Positions 44,141-58,176 of a stretch of 64,000 bases of DNA are shown in pieces. Numbering within the stretch: position 1 is the first letter of the stretch; each line of letters opens with the position of its first letter. Below the pieces are notes generated by a model that was given only the letters and a program-made list of their open reading frames with translations, did not search any database and had not been told where the DNA came from. Where the stretch lies: contig OZ253470.1 in NCBI GenBank assembly GCA_965261735.1, positions 896,001 to 960,000 on the forward strand, in the 5' to 3' direction. Source of the DNA: Alphaproteobacteria bacterium (lineage in GTDB: Bacteria > Pseudomonadota > Alphaproteobacteria > SHVV01). A program made the translations under genes and the position numbers.

Positions 44141-44656
44141 TCAGGCCGCGCGTGTGAGCGAGCGCCGCATCCGGCTGATCAGCCACGTGAGGAGGGGGTA
44201 TAGCCCCACCGTGAGCAGCCATTGGGCCGCGACCGGTCCCGGCGGCAGCAACGTGGCGAAAAGAAGCGACGCCGCCAGCCAGGCGAAGGCCGCGGCGCCG
44301 CTGGCGACCAACAGGAAGCCCCACCACTCGACGAGGAAGGTCATGCCCAGGAAGACGCGGCGCTGGCTCACGACAATGCCGTGGACGAGCAGGAGCACGA
44401 GCGCCGTCAGACCCACCGGCGTACCGCTCAAGAGGTCCTGAATCAACCCGATCGCGAACACCACGACCGCCGGCAGCAGGTCAGGCCGGTAGATGCTCCA
44501 GTAGTAGACGGCGATGAGCGCCAACGCGGGCGTCACCCGGTCGAGATAGGGAACGGCGAGTGGCAGCTGCGCAATGATCACCAGCACCAGCGTTGACAGC
44601 GTCGGGATCAACGCTCGCGCCAAGCGATCGATGCCCGGCCACGACGACTCGCTCAC
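44141..44656 (-). CDS. mreD: Rod shape-determining protein MreD
   Basis: YYWSIYRP, GLIQDLLSG; synteny. Confidence 0.9.
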   Translation of the reverse strand: MSESSWPGIDRLARALIPTLSTLVLVIIAQLPLAVPYLDRVTPALALIAVYYWSIYRPDLLPAVVVFAIGLIQDLLSGTPVGLTALVLLLVHGIVVSQRRVFLGMTFLVEWWGFLLVASGAAAFAWLAASLLFATLLPPGPVAAQWLLTVGLYPLLTWLISRMRRSLTRAA

Positions 44657-44669
44657 CCGCCCCAGCCCT

Positions 44670-45530
44670 TCATTCGAGGCCGCCGTCGGGCGCGAGCGCA
44701 GGTAGGTCGTAGCGCACGACGCGGACGTATTCGAGGCGGCCGAACTTGACCAGCGGCTGCACCCTGACATCGCCCTCGCGCGCTACCGCGATGACGCCCA
44801 CGGGCAACCCGGCGGGTAGCAAGCCGCCGTCGCCCGAGGTCACGACGCGATCACCGAGCCGAACCGGGGGACCGTCGGCCAGAAACTCGAGCGCCGGCCA
44901 TTCGCGGTTGTCGCCGGCGAGAATGGCGCGCTTTCGCGTCCCCTGGATCAGCACCGGTATGCGCGAGTTGAGGTCCGTGAGGAGCAGGATGCGCGAGGCT
45001 CGCTTGCCCGTTTCGACGACGTGGCCGACGAGGCCCTCGCCGGTGACCGCGACCTGCCCCTTGAGGACGCCGTCGCGCGCCCCGGCGCTGAGAAGGATGG
45101 TGCGCACGAAGGGTCCGCCGGAATCACTGATGACGCGCGCGGAAATATAGGAGATGCCGGGATCCGTCTGAGCGCCGAGCAGGGCGCGAAAGGCCGCGTT
45201 CTGATGCTCGAAGCGGCGCGCCGCGGTCTGCCACTGGAGCAGGCGCGCGTTCTCCTCCCGGAGCCGCGCATTTTCGCGGCGCAGGTAGACGAGCCCGCGC
45301 ACCTGGTCGATCGTATGGTTGACGGCGGCAATGGGCTGCGACAGGACGGCCAGCACCGGAGCGGCGGTGTCGGAGACGGCGACGCGAAAGCGCTCGACGA
45401 GGGCCGTATCGGCGCGCCCGACCATCATCAGGATAAGGGCCGCGCCAACGAGGAGGACAAAGGCGAAGCGCTGGGCGATGACGCGGGGCAGCACCGTCAG
45501 GCGCAGCGTCCGGTCCTCAGGACCTCTCAT
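44670..45530 (-). CDS. mreC: Rod shape-determining protein MreC
   Basis: Coiled coil ENARL; LLTDLNSRIPV; VTSGDGG. Confidence 0.93.
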   Translation of the reverse strand: MRGPEDRTLRLTVLPRVIAQRFAFVLLVGAALILMMVGRADTALVERFRVAVSDTAAPVLAVLSQPIAAVNHTIDQVRGLVYLRRENARLREENARLLQWQTAARRFEHQNAAFRALLGAQTDPGISYISARVISDSGGPFVRTILLSAGARDGVLKGQVAVTGEGLVGHVVETGKRASRILLLTDLNSRIPVLIQGTRKRAILAGDNREWPALEFLADGPPVRLGDRVVTSGDGGLLPAGLPVGVIAVAREGDVRVQPLVKFGRLEYVRVVRYDLPALAPDGGLE

Positions 45531-45579
45531 TTGGCGTTTCGCGCACGCAAACCGGGCACCCCCCTAAGAGGCGAGAGCG

Positions 45580-48256
<2,677 letters not shown>

Positions 48257-48299
48257 GGCACTGGGTCCTCTGATGCGTTGTTCCGGCGTACGCTCGACT

Positions 48300-48371
48300 T
48301 CATCCCCCTGAACGCCGGATCGCTCTAGCGACCCCCGCTCAGGGGCGACTAAGTCGCCGAAGCGAGCGCAT
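48300..48371 (-). promoter_or_regulatory. leuA leader: peptide MRSLRRLSRP (48371->48339) plus hairpin
   Basis: Two CTT Leu codons; CCCCTGAGCG pairs with CGTTCAGGGG and overlaps the leader stop. Confidence 0.6.
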
Positions 48372-48580
48372 CGCTCGGCTCGCCGCCCTGCCCTCTCTCT
48401 GTATCATCATCAGGTGACCAACAAAAACAGTGCAAAATCAAAGGCCTGGCGAGGTCCCGCTCTGACCCGATCTCGCTAACCAGGGTTAGCAATACATGAA
48501 TCCGGTAAAAAAACCTTAACGATAATCGCATTCTTACGCCCAGCCGCGCCCGTTTCGCAACCGTATTCGATTGGGCGAAC

Positions 48581-49651
<1,071 letters not shown>

Positions 49652-50167
49652 TCAGAACGGGTCGGGACCGCGGCTGATCGCGGCGACGCCGGTGCGCGAC
49701 ACGTCGACCAAGCCGAGCGGCCGCATCAGCTCGATGAAGGCATCGATCTTGTCGGTCGAGCCCGTCATCTCGAACACGAAGGAGCGCGCGCTGCTGTCGA
49801 CCACGCGCGCCCGGAAGATGTCGGCGATGCGCAGCGACTCGACCCGCTTGTCGCCGCGGCCGCCGACCTTGATCAAGGCGAGCTCGCGCTCGACGGAGGG
49901 GCCGTCGACCGTGAGGTCGCGCACGCCGTGAATCGGCACGAGCCGGCCGAGCTGGTTCTTGATCTGCTCGATCACCATCGGTGTTCCGGAGGTCACGATA
50001 TTGATCCGCGAGACGTTGGTCTCCGCGTCGACCTCGGCCACGGTCAGGCTCTCGATGTTGTAGCCGCGGCCCGAGAACAGCCCGATGACGCGCGCCAGAA
50101 CGCCCGCCTCGTTGTCGACCAGCACCGCAATCGCGTGCCTGCGCTCCCCGTCTTGCACTGGATTCAT
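49652..50167 (-). CDS. ilvH: Acetolactate synthase small subunit
   Basis: NEAGVLARVIGLFSGRGYNIESL. Confidence 0.95.
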   Translation of the reverse strand: MNPVQDGERRHAIAVLVDNEAGVLARVIGLFSGRGYNIESLTVAEVDAETNVSRINIVTSGTPMVIEQIKNQLGRLVPIHGVRDLTVDGPSVERELALIKVGGRGDKRVESLRIADIFRARVVDSSARSFVFEMTGSTDKIDAFIELMRPLGLVDVSRTGVAAISRGPDPF

Positions 50168-50210
50168 ATCCCTTGCGGCGGCGCCCGCCGCCGTCCGCCC
50201 TCAGGGCCGA

Positions 50211-51968
50211 TCAAACCAGCGCTCTCGCGTCGGGCGAAACCTCGGGAGGCGCCTCGTTGGGGCCGAGCAGCATGTCGTAGTGGGCGGCGCCCGAGGGGAT
50301 CATGGGGTAGCAGTTCTCCTTCGGGTCAACGACCATGTCGGCCACGACCGGTCCATCCGCTTCGATCATGTGGCGGATCGTGTCGTCGACCTCGTCGGGG
50401 CGGGTCGCCCTGAGGCCGAGAGCCCCGAAGGATTCCGCGAGCTGGACGAAATCAGGCAGCGCCGACATGTAGCTCTCGGCGTAGCGGCCGCCGTGCATGA
50501 GCTCCTGCCACTGGCGCACCATGCCCATGTAGGAGTTGTTGAGAATGAACACCTTGACCGGCAGCCGGTGCTGCATCACCGTCGACAGCTCCTGGAAGTT
50601 CATCATGATCGACGCTTCGCCGGCGACATCGATGACCAGGGCGCCCGGGTGGGCGACCTGAACGCCGATCGCCGCCGGCAGGCCGTAGCCCATGGTGCCG
50701 AGCCCGCCCGAGGTCATCCACCGGAAGGGTTCCTCGAACTTCAGGAACTGGGCCGCCCACATCTGGTGCTGGCCGACCTCGGTGGTGATGTAGACGTCGC
50801 GCTCCTTGATGAAGTGGTACAGGCGTTCGAGCGCGTATTGCGGCTTGATGATCCGGTCGTCCATCTCGTAGCGCAAGCATTGGCGCGCGCGCCACTTGTC
50901 GATCTTGGCCCACCACGACTTGAGCGCGGCCGCATCGGCCTTGTAGCGCTTGGCCCGCCACACCTTGATCATGTCGTCGAGCACCCGTCCGACGTCGCCG
51001 ACGATGCCAACGTCGACCATGACGTTCTTGTTGATTGACGAGGGGTCGATGTCGACGTGGATCTTGCGCGAGCCCTGTGAGAAGCAGTCGAGTCGGCCCG
51101 TGATGCGGTCGTCGAAGCGCGAGCCGATGGCGATCATGAGGTCGCACTCGGCCATCGCCATGTTCGCCTCGAGCGTTCCGTGCATCCCGAGCATGCCGAG
51201 AAACTGAGGGTCGGAAGCAGGGAACGCGCCCAGCCCCATGACCGTATTGGTGACCGGGAAGCCGGTGATATGCGCCAACTTGGTCAGCAGTTTGGAGGCC
51301 CCAACGCCGGAATTGATGACGCCGCCGCCGGTATAGAAGATCGGCCGTTTGGCCTCGGCGATCATCTCAACCGCCTGCGCGATCAGCGCCGGGTCGCCCT
51401 TGACCGGGGGCCGGTAGGTCTTGTGGGTAATGTTCTTGGGGCCGACATAGGGCCCGCTCGCGAGCTGAACGTCCTTCGGCAAGTCGACGACGACCGGACC
51501 GGGACGACCGGTATGCGCGACGTAGAAGGCCTCGTGCATCACGCGTGCCAAGTCGTTGACGTCGCGCACCAGGTAGTTGTGCTTGGTGCAGGGCCGCGTG
51601 ATGCCGACGGTGTCGGCCTCCTGGAACGCGTCGTTGCCGATCAGGTGGGTCGCGACCTGGCCGGTGAGACAGACGACCGGAATGCTGTCCATGAGCGCGT
51701 CGGTAAGGCCTGTGACCGCGTTGGTGGCACCTGGCCCCGAGGTCACCAGTAGCACGCCGACCTTGCCCGTCGAGCGCGCATAGCCCTCGGCCGCGTGGGC
51801 CGCCCCGGGCTCGTGCCGCACGAGAACGTGGCGCAAGCTGTTCTGAGTGAACAGCGCATCGTAGATGGGCAGAACCGCGCCACCGGGGTAGCCGAAGACC
51901 ACGTCGACACCCTGGTCGAGCAGCGCCTTGATCACGATTTCCGCGCCGGTTAGCAGTCGTTCGGCCAT
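50211..51968 (-). CDS. ilvI: Acetolactate synthase large subunit
   Basis: FGYPGGA, TSGPGATN, GMHG, VGQHQMW, SGGLGTMG. Confidence 0.95.
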   Translation of the reverse strand: MAERLLTGAEIVIKALLDQGVDVVFGYPGGAVLPIYDALFTQNSLRHVLVRHEPGAAHAAEGYARSTGKVGVLLVTSGPGATNAVTGLTDALMDSIPVVCLTGQVATHLIGNDAFQEADTVGITRPCTKHNYLVRDVNDLARVMHEAFYVAHTGRPGPVVVDLPKDVQLASGPYVGPKNITHKTYRPPVKGDPALIAQAVEMIAEAKRPIFYTGGGVINSGVGASKLLTKLAHITGFPVTNTVMGLGAFPASDPQFLGMLGMHGTLEANMAMAECDLMIAIGSRFDDRITGRLDCFSQGSRKIHVDIDPSSINKNVMVDVGIVGDVGRVLDDMIKVWRAKRYKADAAALKSWWAKIDKWRARQCLRYEMDDRIIKPQYALERLYHFIKERDVYITTEVGQHQMWAAQFLKFEEPFRWMTSGGLGTMGYGLPAAIGVQVAHPGALVIDVAGEASIMMNFQELSTVMQHRLPVKVFILNNSYMGMVRQWQELMHGGRYAESYMSALPDFVQLAESFGALGLRATRPDEVDDTIRHMIEADGPVVADMVVDPKENCYPMIPSGAAHYDMLLGPNEAPPEVSPDARALV

Positions 51969-52087
51969 GAAAGCCCGGCTCCCATCTAGCAATCGCCGAC
52001 GACCGTGCCCAACGGGACGCGTGCGCCGCTCCTCCCCGCCCGACCCCATGCCCACGGCGTGTCGGAAAGTGGCGACACCCTAGTTTG

Positions 52088-53047
52088 TCACTGGGTCTCG
52101 GTCAACAAAAAGGGGCAAACAATTGGAAAGATTCTCTCAAAAAAACTTTCCGAATGTTGCGCCTCGATCCGTGTCCAATCGCGCATCTGATGTCGCTGCC
52201 AAGTGAGCTGCCGCTTGGCGTAGCGCCGGGTCGCCGCTTGCGCAGCGGCGAGCGCGTCTTCGAGCGAGAGCTCGCCCTCGAGGTGCCGCATGAGTTGGCG
52301 CAGTCCCTGCGCCTTCATCGCCGGTAGCTCGGGGTCGAGTGCGCGCTCCCTCAGGGCCGCGACCTCGGCCAGGACGCCGCGCTCGATCATCCCCTGTAGA
52401 CGTCGGTCGAGCCGCTCGTACAGCGCCTCGCGCGGCGGCGCGAGGACAAAGCGCGCGGCCGCGCCGGGGAGCGTGGCGTCGGAGGCGCCGGCCTGCCATT
52501 GTGCGAGCGAGGTGCCCGTCGCCTCCAGCACCTCCGATGCTCGTATCATACGTTGAGCGTCGGCCGGAACGAGGCGCGCCGCCATCCTCGGGTCGCGCTC
52601 GCCGAGCTCGCGATGAAACGCCTCCGCCCCGAGCCTGGCAAGGCGTTCGCGCGCGGCCTGACGCGAGGCGGCCGGAATGGCCGGCACCGGCGCCAGGCCG
52701 TGCGTCAGGGCGCGAAAGTAGAGGCCGGTGCCGCCGACCACGATGGGGACCCGCCCCGCGCGCCACGCACCGGCCACGGCATCGAGCGCGAGGCCGCGCC
52801 AGCGCCCGGCCGAGCACGGGTCGGTCGCCGGTAGAATGCCGTAGAGGCGGTGCGGGGCGCGCGCTTCGTCGACCGGCGTCGGCCGCGCGGTGAGGACGCG
52901 GAGCTCGCGATAGACCTGTTGGCTGTCGGCATTTATGATCCACGCGCCGCCACGATCCTTCAGGCCTTCGGCGAGCCGGAGCGCGAGTTCGGACTTGCCG
53001 GACCCGGTCGGCCCGGCGATCAGAATGGATTTGCCCGGTGCGATCAT
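52088..53047 (-). CDS. miaA: tRNA dimethylallyltransferase
   Basis: GPTGSGKS, NADSQQVY, VGGTGLY, TRRYAKRQ. Confidence 0.95.
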   Translation of the reverse strand: MIAPGKSILIAGPTGSGKSELALRLAEGLKDRGGAWIINADSQQVYRELRVLTARPTPVDEARAPHRLYGILPATDPCSAGRWRGLALDAVAGAWRAGRVPIVVGGTGLYFRALTHGLAPVPAIPAASRQAARERLARLGAEAFHRELGERDPRMAARLVPADAQRMIRASEVLEATGTSLAQWQAGASDATLPGAAARFVLAPPREALYERLDRRLQGMIERGVLAEVAALRERALDPELPAMKAQGLRQLMRHLEGELSLEDALAAAQAATRRYAKRQLTWQRHQMRDWTRIEAQHSESFFERIFPIVCPFLLTETQ

Positions 53048-53094
53048 GCGCGCCGGCTCGGCGGCACGCCGAGTCCGCGGTCCGCCGAGCGTCG

Positions 53095-54000
53095 ATGCCC
53101 ATGCTTCTTGTTGCGACACTGATTGGTGATCCGCTCGCGGCGACGCTGGGCGAGCGCGAGGCCGCGACCGCGGTGCAGGCGCTCGCCGCCGCGGGGGCGA
53201 GCACGCGGGCGCCGGTCTGGCTCGGGCACGGGCGCGCCTGCGATATCCCCTTCGAGGGCATCGCGCCCAAGGAGGCCGCGGCCGTGGTGCGCCGGGCGCT
53301 CAAGGGCGCAGCCGTCGATAGCGTCGTCCAGAACGCCGCTGGGCGGCGCAAGAGGCTCCTGATCGCGGACATGGACTCGACCATCATCGGCGTCGAATGC
53401 ATCGACGAGGTCGCCGACCTCGCCGGTCGTCGCGCCGAGGTCGCGCGGATCACCGAGCGCGCGATGCGCGGCGACATCGACTTCGTGGCCGCGTTGCGCG
53501 AGCGCGCGGCGATGCTGGCCGGGCTGTCTACCGACGCCCTGGCCGAGGCGTACGAGCGCCGCGTCTTCCTCAATCCCGGAGCCCGGCGACTCGTGCAAAC
53601 CATGCGTGCGGGCGGCGCGTACACGGCGTTGGTTTCGGGCGGCTTTGCGTACTTCTCCGCCCGCGTCGCGGCGCAGGCCGGCTTCCACGAGCACCAGGCC
53701 AATGAATTGGAGATCGAAGACGGCCGCCTCACCGGCCGGGTGGCCGAGCCCATTCTCGGCGCCGACGCCAAACTCGAGGCTATGCGGCGCCTGCTGAGCG
53801 GGCGGCACCTCGACGCCGCGGACGCGATCGCAGTCGGCGACGGCGCCAACGACATGGCAATGATGGCGGCGGCCGGGCTCGGCGTCGCTTACCGTGCCAA
53901 GCCCCGCGTCGCCGAAGCGGCGGGCGCACGCATCGACGCCGGCGATCTTACCGCGCTGCTCTATCTCCAGGGCTACGCCGACGCCGAGTTCATCGACTGA
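53095..54000 (+). CDS. serB: Phosphoserine phosphatase
   Basis: DMDST, VSGGF, GDGAND. Confidence 0.95.
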   Translation: MPMLLVATLIGDPLAATLGEREAATAVQALAAAGASTRAPVWLGHGRACDIPFEGIAPKEAAAVVRRALKGAAVDSVVQNAAGRRKRLLIADMDSTIIGVECIDEVADLAGRRAEVARITERAMRGDIDFVAALRERAAMLAGLSTDALAEAYERRVFLNPGARRLVQTMRAGGAYTALVSGGFAYFSARVAAQAGFHEHQANELEIEDGRLTGRVAEPILGADAKLEAMRRLLSGRHLDAADAIAVGDGANDMAMMAAAGLGVAYRAKPRVAEAAGARIDAGDLTALLYLQGYADAEFID

Positions 54001-54036
54001 CGTCCGAGGCCGGGAGGGCAGGCCGAAAAAGGGCGC

Positions 54037-55560
54037 TCAGCCCTGCGCCAGGGGGACGACAATGTAGAGGAAGTTCTCGCCCCGGCGCACGCGCAGGAGC
54101 ACGGAGCGGCGGTTGGCGTCGCGCGCCTCGCGCACCCGCTGTACGACGTCGGCCGACGAGGACACTTCCTCCTGATTGACCTCGAGCAAGACGTCACCGG
54201 CGAAAATGTTCTTGGCGCGCGCTGGGCTCTCCTCGCGTACGTCGGTCACCACGACCCCGTCGACGCCGTCGGCGATCTCGTGCTGCCGGCGCAGCTCCGA
54301 GGTGATCGCCGACAGAGTCATTCCCAGGGCGACGATCGTTTTCGTCGCCTGCTTGCCCGTCTCCGGATCGACGGCCGCAAGTGCCGTCCCGGATTCCTCG
54401 AGCTCGTCGATTTGGACCGTCAGGCTGAGCGGGCGCCCCTTGCGCCACACCTCGACCTCGACCTCGCGTCCGGCTTCGGTCTCAGCGACGATCCGCGGCA
54501 GCTTGCGCATCTCGTCGACCTCGCGGCCGTTGAAGCTCAGGATCACGTCGCCCGCCGCAAGGCCCGCGGCCTCGGCGGGACCGCCTTCGGTGACGCCGGC
54601 AACGAGGGCCCCTTGGGTACGATCCAGCCCGAGGCTTTCAGCGAGGTCCTCGGTGACCGTCTGGATACGGACCCCGAGCCACCCGCGGCGCGTGCGCCCG
54701 AACTTGGCGAGCTGGTCGATGACCGGCTTGGCGAGCGACGACGGAATGGCAAAGCCGATGCCGACCGAGCCGCCGGTGGGCGAAAAGATGGCGGTGTTGA
54801 TCCCGATGACTTCGCCTTCGATATTGAACATCGGGCCCCCGGAATTGCCCCGGTTGATCGAGGCGTCGGTTTGCAGGAAGTCGTCGTAGGGACCGGCGTT
54901 GATGTTGCGCCCGCGGGCCGAAATGATACCCGCGGTCACCGTGCCGCCGAGACCATAGGGGTTGCCGATGGCGAGCACCCAGTCGCCGACCCGCGCCACT
55001 TCGGAATCGCCCCAGGTCGTCGCAGGCAGGGGCCGGCCGGCCTCCACCTTGAGCACGGCGATGTCCGTCTTGGGATCGCGGCCGATGATCGTCGCCGAGA
55101 GCCTGGTGTTGTCGCTGAGGGTTATGGCGATTTCGTCGGCGTCGGCGATGACATGATTGTTGGTGATGATGATGCCGGACGGATCGACGATGAATCCCGA
55201 CCCCAGCGAGGTCACCCGACGGCGCGCCGGCGGCTCTTGCCCGCGCTCGCGCTGGCGGTCGAAAAACTCCTTGAAGAACTCCTCGAAGGGGGAGCCGGGC
55301 GGGAACTGGGGTACCGGCACTTCGCCGGCGCCGCGCTCCCGCGCGGCGGTTTGCGTGGTCGAGACATTGACCACCGTTGGCGACAGCCGCGCCGCCAAGT
55401 CGGCGAAGCCTTCGGATGCAGTCTTTGCCAGCGCCGGAGCCGACGCGATCATCAAAGCCGCCGCCATGAGCGACAGCAGGCCCGGAACCGGCGTGCCGCG
55501 CGGGCGCAGCGCGCCCGATAGCATCGCGATTCGCCGGGGGGTGAGAATGGCTTCAGTCAT
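54037..55560 (-). CDS. DegP/DegQ (Do) serine protease
   Basis: GSGF, TNNHV, GNSGGP, two PDZ domains. Confidence 0.93.
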   Translation of the reverse strand: MTEAILTPRRIAMLSGALRPRGTPVPGLLSLMAAALMIASAPALAKTASEGFADLAARLSPTVVNVSTTQTAARERGAGEVPVPQFPPGSPFEEFFKEFFDRQRERGQEPPARRRVTSLGSGFIVDPSGIIITNNHVIADADEIAITLSDNTRLSATIIGRDPKTDIAVLKVEAGRPLPATTWGDSEVARVGDWVLAIGNPYGLGGTVTAGIISARGRNINAGPYDDFLQTDASINRGNSGGPMFNIEGEVIGINTAIFSPTGGSVGIGFAIPSSLAKPVIDQLAKFGRTRRGWLGVRIQTVTEDLAESLGLDRTQGALVAGVTEGGPAEAAGLAAGDVILSFNGREVDEMRKLPRIVAETEAGREVEVEVWRKGRPLSLTVQIDELEESGTALAAVDPETGKQATKTIVALGMTLSAITSELRRQHEIADGVDGVVVTDVREESPARAKNIFAGDVLLEVNQEEVSSSADVVQRVREARDANRRSVLLRVRRGENFLYIVVPLAQG

Positions 55561-55817
55561 CTCCGCGTCGTCCTTCAACATTCGATGCGCCGCGCGCCAC
55601 GGCGGCCGACCGTCATGCCGTCGGCGCCCGCCAGACAGGTAAGCCTAACACGACGGCCATTCAACCGTCGCGCCGCCGGAGCTACTCCGGGTCGAGACCC
55701 CAGATCGCGTCCCTTGGCATGTATGGCCCTAATTATGGAGACATTGTGGCTTGGACGCCAACAACCAGGAGGTGCCCTTCACGACGACGTGAAGGTGCCG
55801 GGCCGGCGGGCGGTGTT

Positions 55818-56003
55818 TCAGCCCTTGATCAGCCACACGATGCCGACGCCGGCTACGGCGAGCCCGAGACCTGCCGCCCGCAGCGAGCTCGAGGGCTGCG
55901 CCGACACCGTCTGCATCAGGCGCTTCATGCCGTCAGGAAACAGCGCGTACGCCGACCCTTCGATGGTCACGGCGAGCGCGAGCGCGAGCACTAGCTCCGA
56001 CAT
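55818..56003 (-). CDS. DUF2065 family membrane protein
   Basis: IEG..YALFP..MK; downstream of hflC. Confidence 0.85.
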   Translation of the reverse strand: MSELVLALALAVTIEGSAYALFPDGMKRLMQTVSAQPSSSLRAAGLGLAVAGVGIVWLIKG

Positions 56004-56077
56004 TCGGTGCTCCCTGAAGCCGAGTCGATTGCACGTGGCGGGGACGGCACGCCCGGGCGGTCCCGCTGGTGAACGGC

Positions 56078-56959
56078 CTACTCCGTATTGCGTCGGCCGC
56101 CAAGATCACCGAAGAAACGGAAAAACTCGCTGTCGGGCGATAGGACCATCGTGGTGTCGTCGCTGCGCAGCGCGTTCCCGTATGCCTGCATCGAGCGATA
56201 GAAGGCGAAGAACTCGGGATCCTTGCTGAAGGCCTCGGCGAAGATTCGGTTGCGCTCGGCGTCGCCCTCACCGCGCAGGATCTGCGCGTCCCTCTGCGCC
56301 TCGGCGATCAGCACGGTGCGCTCGCGGTCGGCGGTGGCGCGAATACGCAGCGCCTCCTTGGCGCCCTGGGCGCGGAACTCGCGCGCTTCGCGCTCGCGCT
56401 CGGTACGCATGCGGGCGTAGATCGCCTGGCTGTTCGCCTCCGGGAGGTCGGCACGCTTGATGCGGACGTCGATGACGTTGATGCCGAGCGCGCGCGCCTG
56501 CACGTTAACAAAATTGCCGATTTCGTTCATGAGCTCGGCGCGCTCGCCGGTCAGGACGTTGGCGAGCGGCACCCCGCCGAGAACGCGACGCAGGCTGGAA
56601 TTGAGGATGGCGCCGAGCCGCGCGCGGGCGACCTCCTCATTGCCCACGCTCTGGAAGAACTGTAGCGGATCGATGATCCGGAAGCGGGCGAACGCGTCAA
56701 CCACGAGCCGCTTCTGGTCAGCGGCGATGATCTCCTCGGCCGGCGCATCGTAAGCCAGGATGCGCTTGTCGAAGCGCACGACGTTCTGGATGAACGGAAG
56801 CTTGTAGTGGAGCCCCGGTTCCGACACGGCCCGCTTGGGTTCGCCGAACTGCAGCACCAGGACCTGCTCGGTCTGATGCACCTGGAACAGCGTGGCCAAC
56901 GCCAGAATGCCGACGATGAGAACGACGACCCCGAGGATCGTCAGCGCGCTCCGCCTCAT
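56078..56959 (-). CDS. hflC: Protease modulator HflC
   Basis: DVRIKRADLP, RMRTER, FFAFYRSMQAY. Confidence 0.95.
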   Translation of the reverse strand: MRRSALTILGVVVLIVGILALATLFQVHQTEQVLVLQFGEPKRAVSEPGLHYKLPFIQNVVRFDKRILAYDAPAEEIIAADQKRLVVDAFARFRIIDPLQFFQSVGNEEVARARLGAILNSSLRRVLGGVPLANVLTGERAELMNEIGNFVNVQARALGINVIDVRIKRADLPEANSQAIYARMRTEREREAREFRAQGAKEALRIRATADRERTVLIAEAQRDAQILRGEGDAERNRIFAEAFSKDPEFFAFYRSMQAYGNALRSDDTTMVLSPDSEFFRFFGDLGGRRNTE

Positions 56960-58032
56960 TGCTGGTCTCCCCGGCGATTCTGTATTTCGGGGAGCGGCAG
57001 ATAGGGCACAACCCCCTGGCCGGTACCCCGGCTATCGATAATCACCTTGGTCATGCCGCCGAGGACGTCTTCCATGGTTTCGAGATAGATGCGCAGGGTC
57101 GTGACGGCCTTGGCCTGCGCGTACTCGCCGTAGACCGAGAGGAAGCGCTGCGTGTCGCCAGTGGCCTGAGCCACCGTTTCCTCCTTGTACGCCTTGGCTT
57201 CCTGGTCCATCTTCTGGGCCTCGCCCTGGGCGCGTGGAATGATGTCGTTGGCGTAGGCCTCGGCTTCGTTCTTGGCCCTCTCGAGGTCGGCCCGCGCCCG
57301 CTGAACGTCGCGGAACGCATCGATCACCGCCGCCGGCGGATCGACCTTCTGCAGCTTGACCTGAGTGATGAGGATGCCGGCGCCATACTCGTCGAGGACC
57401 TGCTGCGTCAGCGCCAGCGTGTCCTCCTCGACCTCGTTGCGACCTTCGGACAGGGCGCGCTGGATGAGCGTGCGCCCGACCACCTCGCGCATCGAACTCT
57501 CCGCGACCGCCTTTACCGTCACCTGCGGCTGCTGCACGTTGAAGAGAAACTCGCCCGCGTCGCGAATCAGCCAGAACACCTGAAAGTCGATGTCGACGAT
57601 GTTCTCGTCGCCGGTCAGCATCAGGCTCTCCTCGGGGAGATCGCGCGTCGAGGTGCTGCGCCCGAGTTCGCCGATCGTGCGGAAGCCGACATTGACGCGG
57701 TTGACCCGCGTCACCTTGGGGGTGACCACGGATTCCACCGGCCAGGGAAGGTGGTAGTTGAGGCCGGGCTGGGTCGTGTTGACCCATTCGCCGAAGCGCA
57801 GCACTACGCCCTGCTCGTCGGGCTGAACCCGGTAGAAGCCGCTCAGCAGCCAGATGGCGACCACGACCAGCGCCACCAAAAGAATCCCGAGTCGTCCGCG
57901 CCCGCCGCCCGGTATGAAGCCGCGAACGCGGTCTTGTCCCTTGCGCAGCAGGTCTTCGAGATTGGGCGGTTGCGGCGGTCCGCCCGTAGGCCCCTGCGCC
58001 CAAGGCCCACCGCCCTGATTCCTCCACGGCAT
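56956..58032 (-). CDS. hflK: Protease modulator HflK
   Basis: MPW..GGGPW, MLTGDENIVD, AFRDVQ, RIYLETME. Confidence 0.95.
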   Translation of the reverse strand: MPWRNQGGGPWAQGPTGGPPQPPNLEDLLRKGQDRVRGFIPGGGRGRLGILLVALVVVAIWLLSGFYRVQPDEQGVVLRFGEWVNTTQPGLNYHLPWPVESVVTPKVTRVNRVNVGFRTIGELGRSTSTRDLPEESLMLTGDENIVDIDFQVFWLIRDAGEFLFNVQQPQVTVKAVAESSMREVVGRTLIQRALSEGRNEVEEDTLALTQQVLDEYGAGILITQVKLQKVDPPAAVIDAFRDVQRARADLERAKNEAEAYANDIIPRAQGEAQKMDQEAKAYKEETVAQATGDTQRFLSVYGEYAQAKAVTTLRIYLETMEDVLGGMTKVIIDSRGTGQGVVPYLPLPEIQNRRGDQQ

Positions 58033-58176
58033 CGTCTTGATTCCTTCGATTCGAGAGGTCGATGCCCGGCGATTTGAACTCGCGCACCGGAGCGATAGAT
58101 TATATGACAGCGAGGCTTGCCGCGCAATGCGCGTGGGGCGCGCGTGGTGGGACGATCCGATCCCGGAGGTTGGCCG

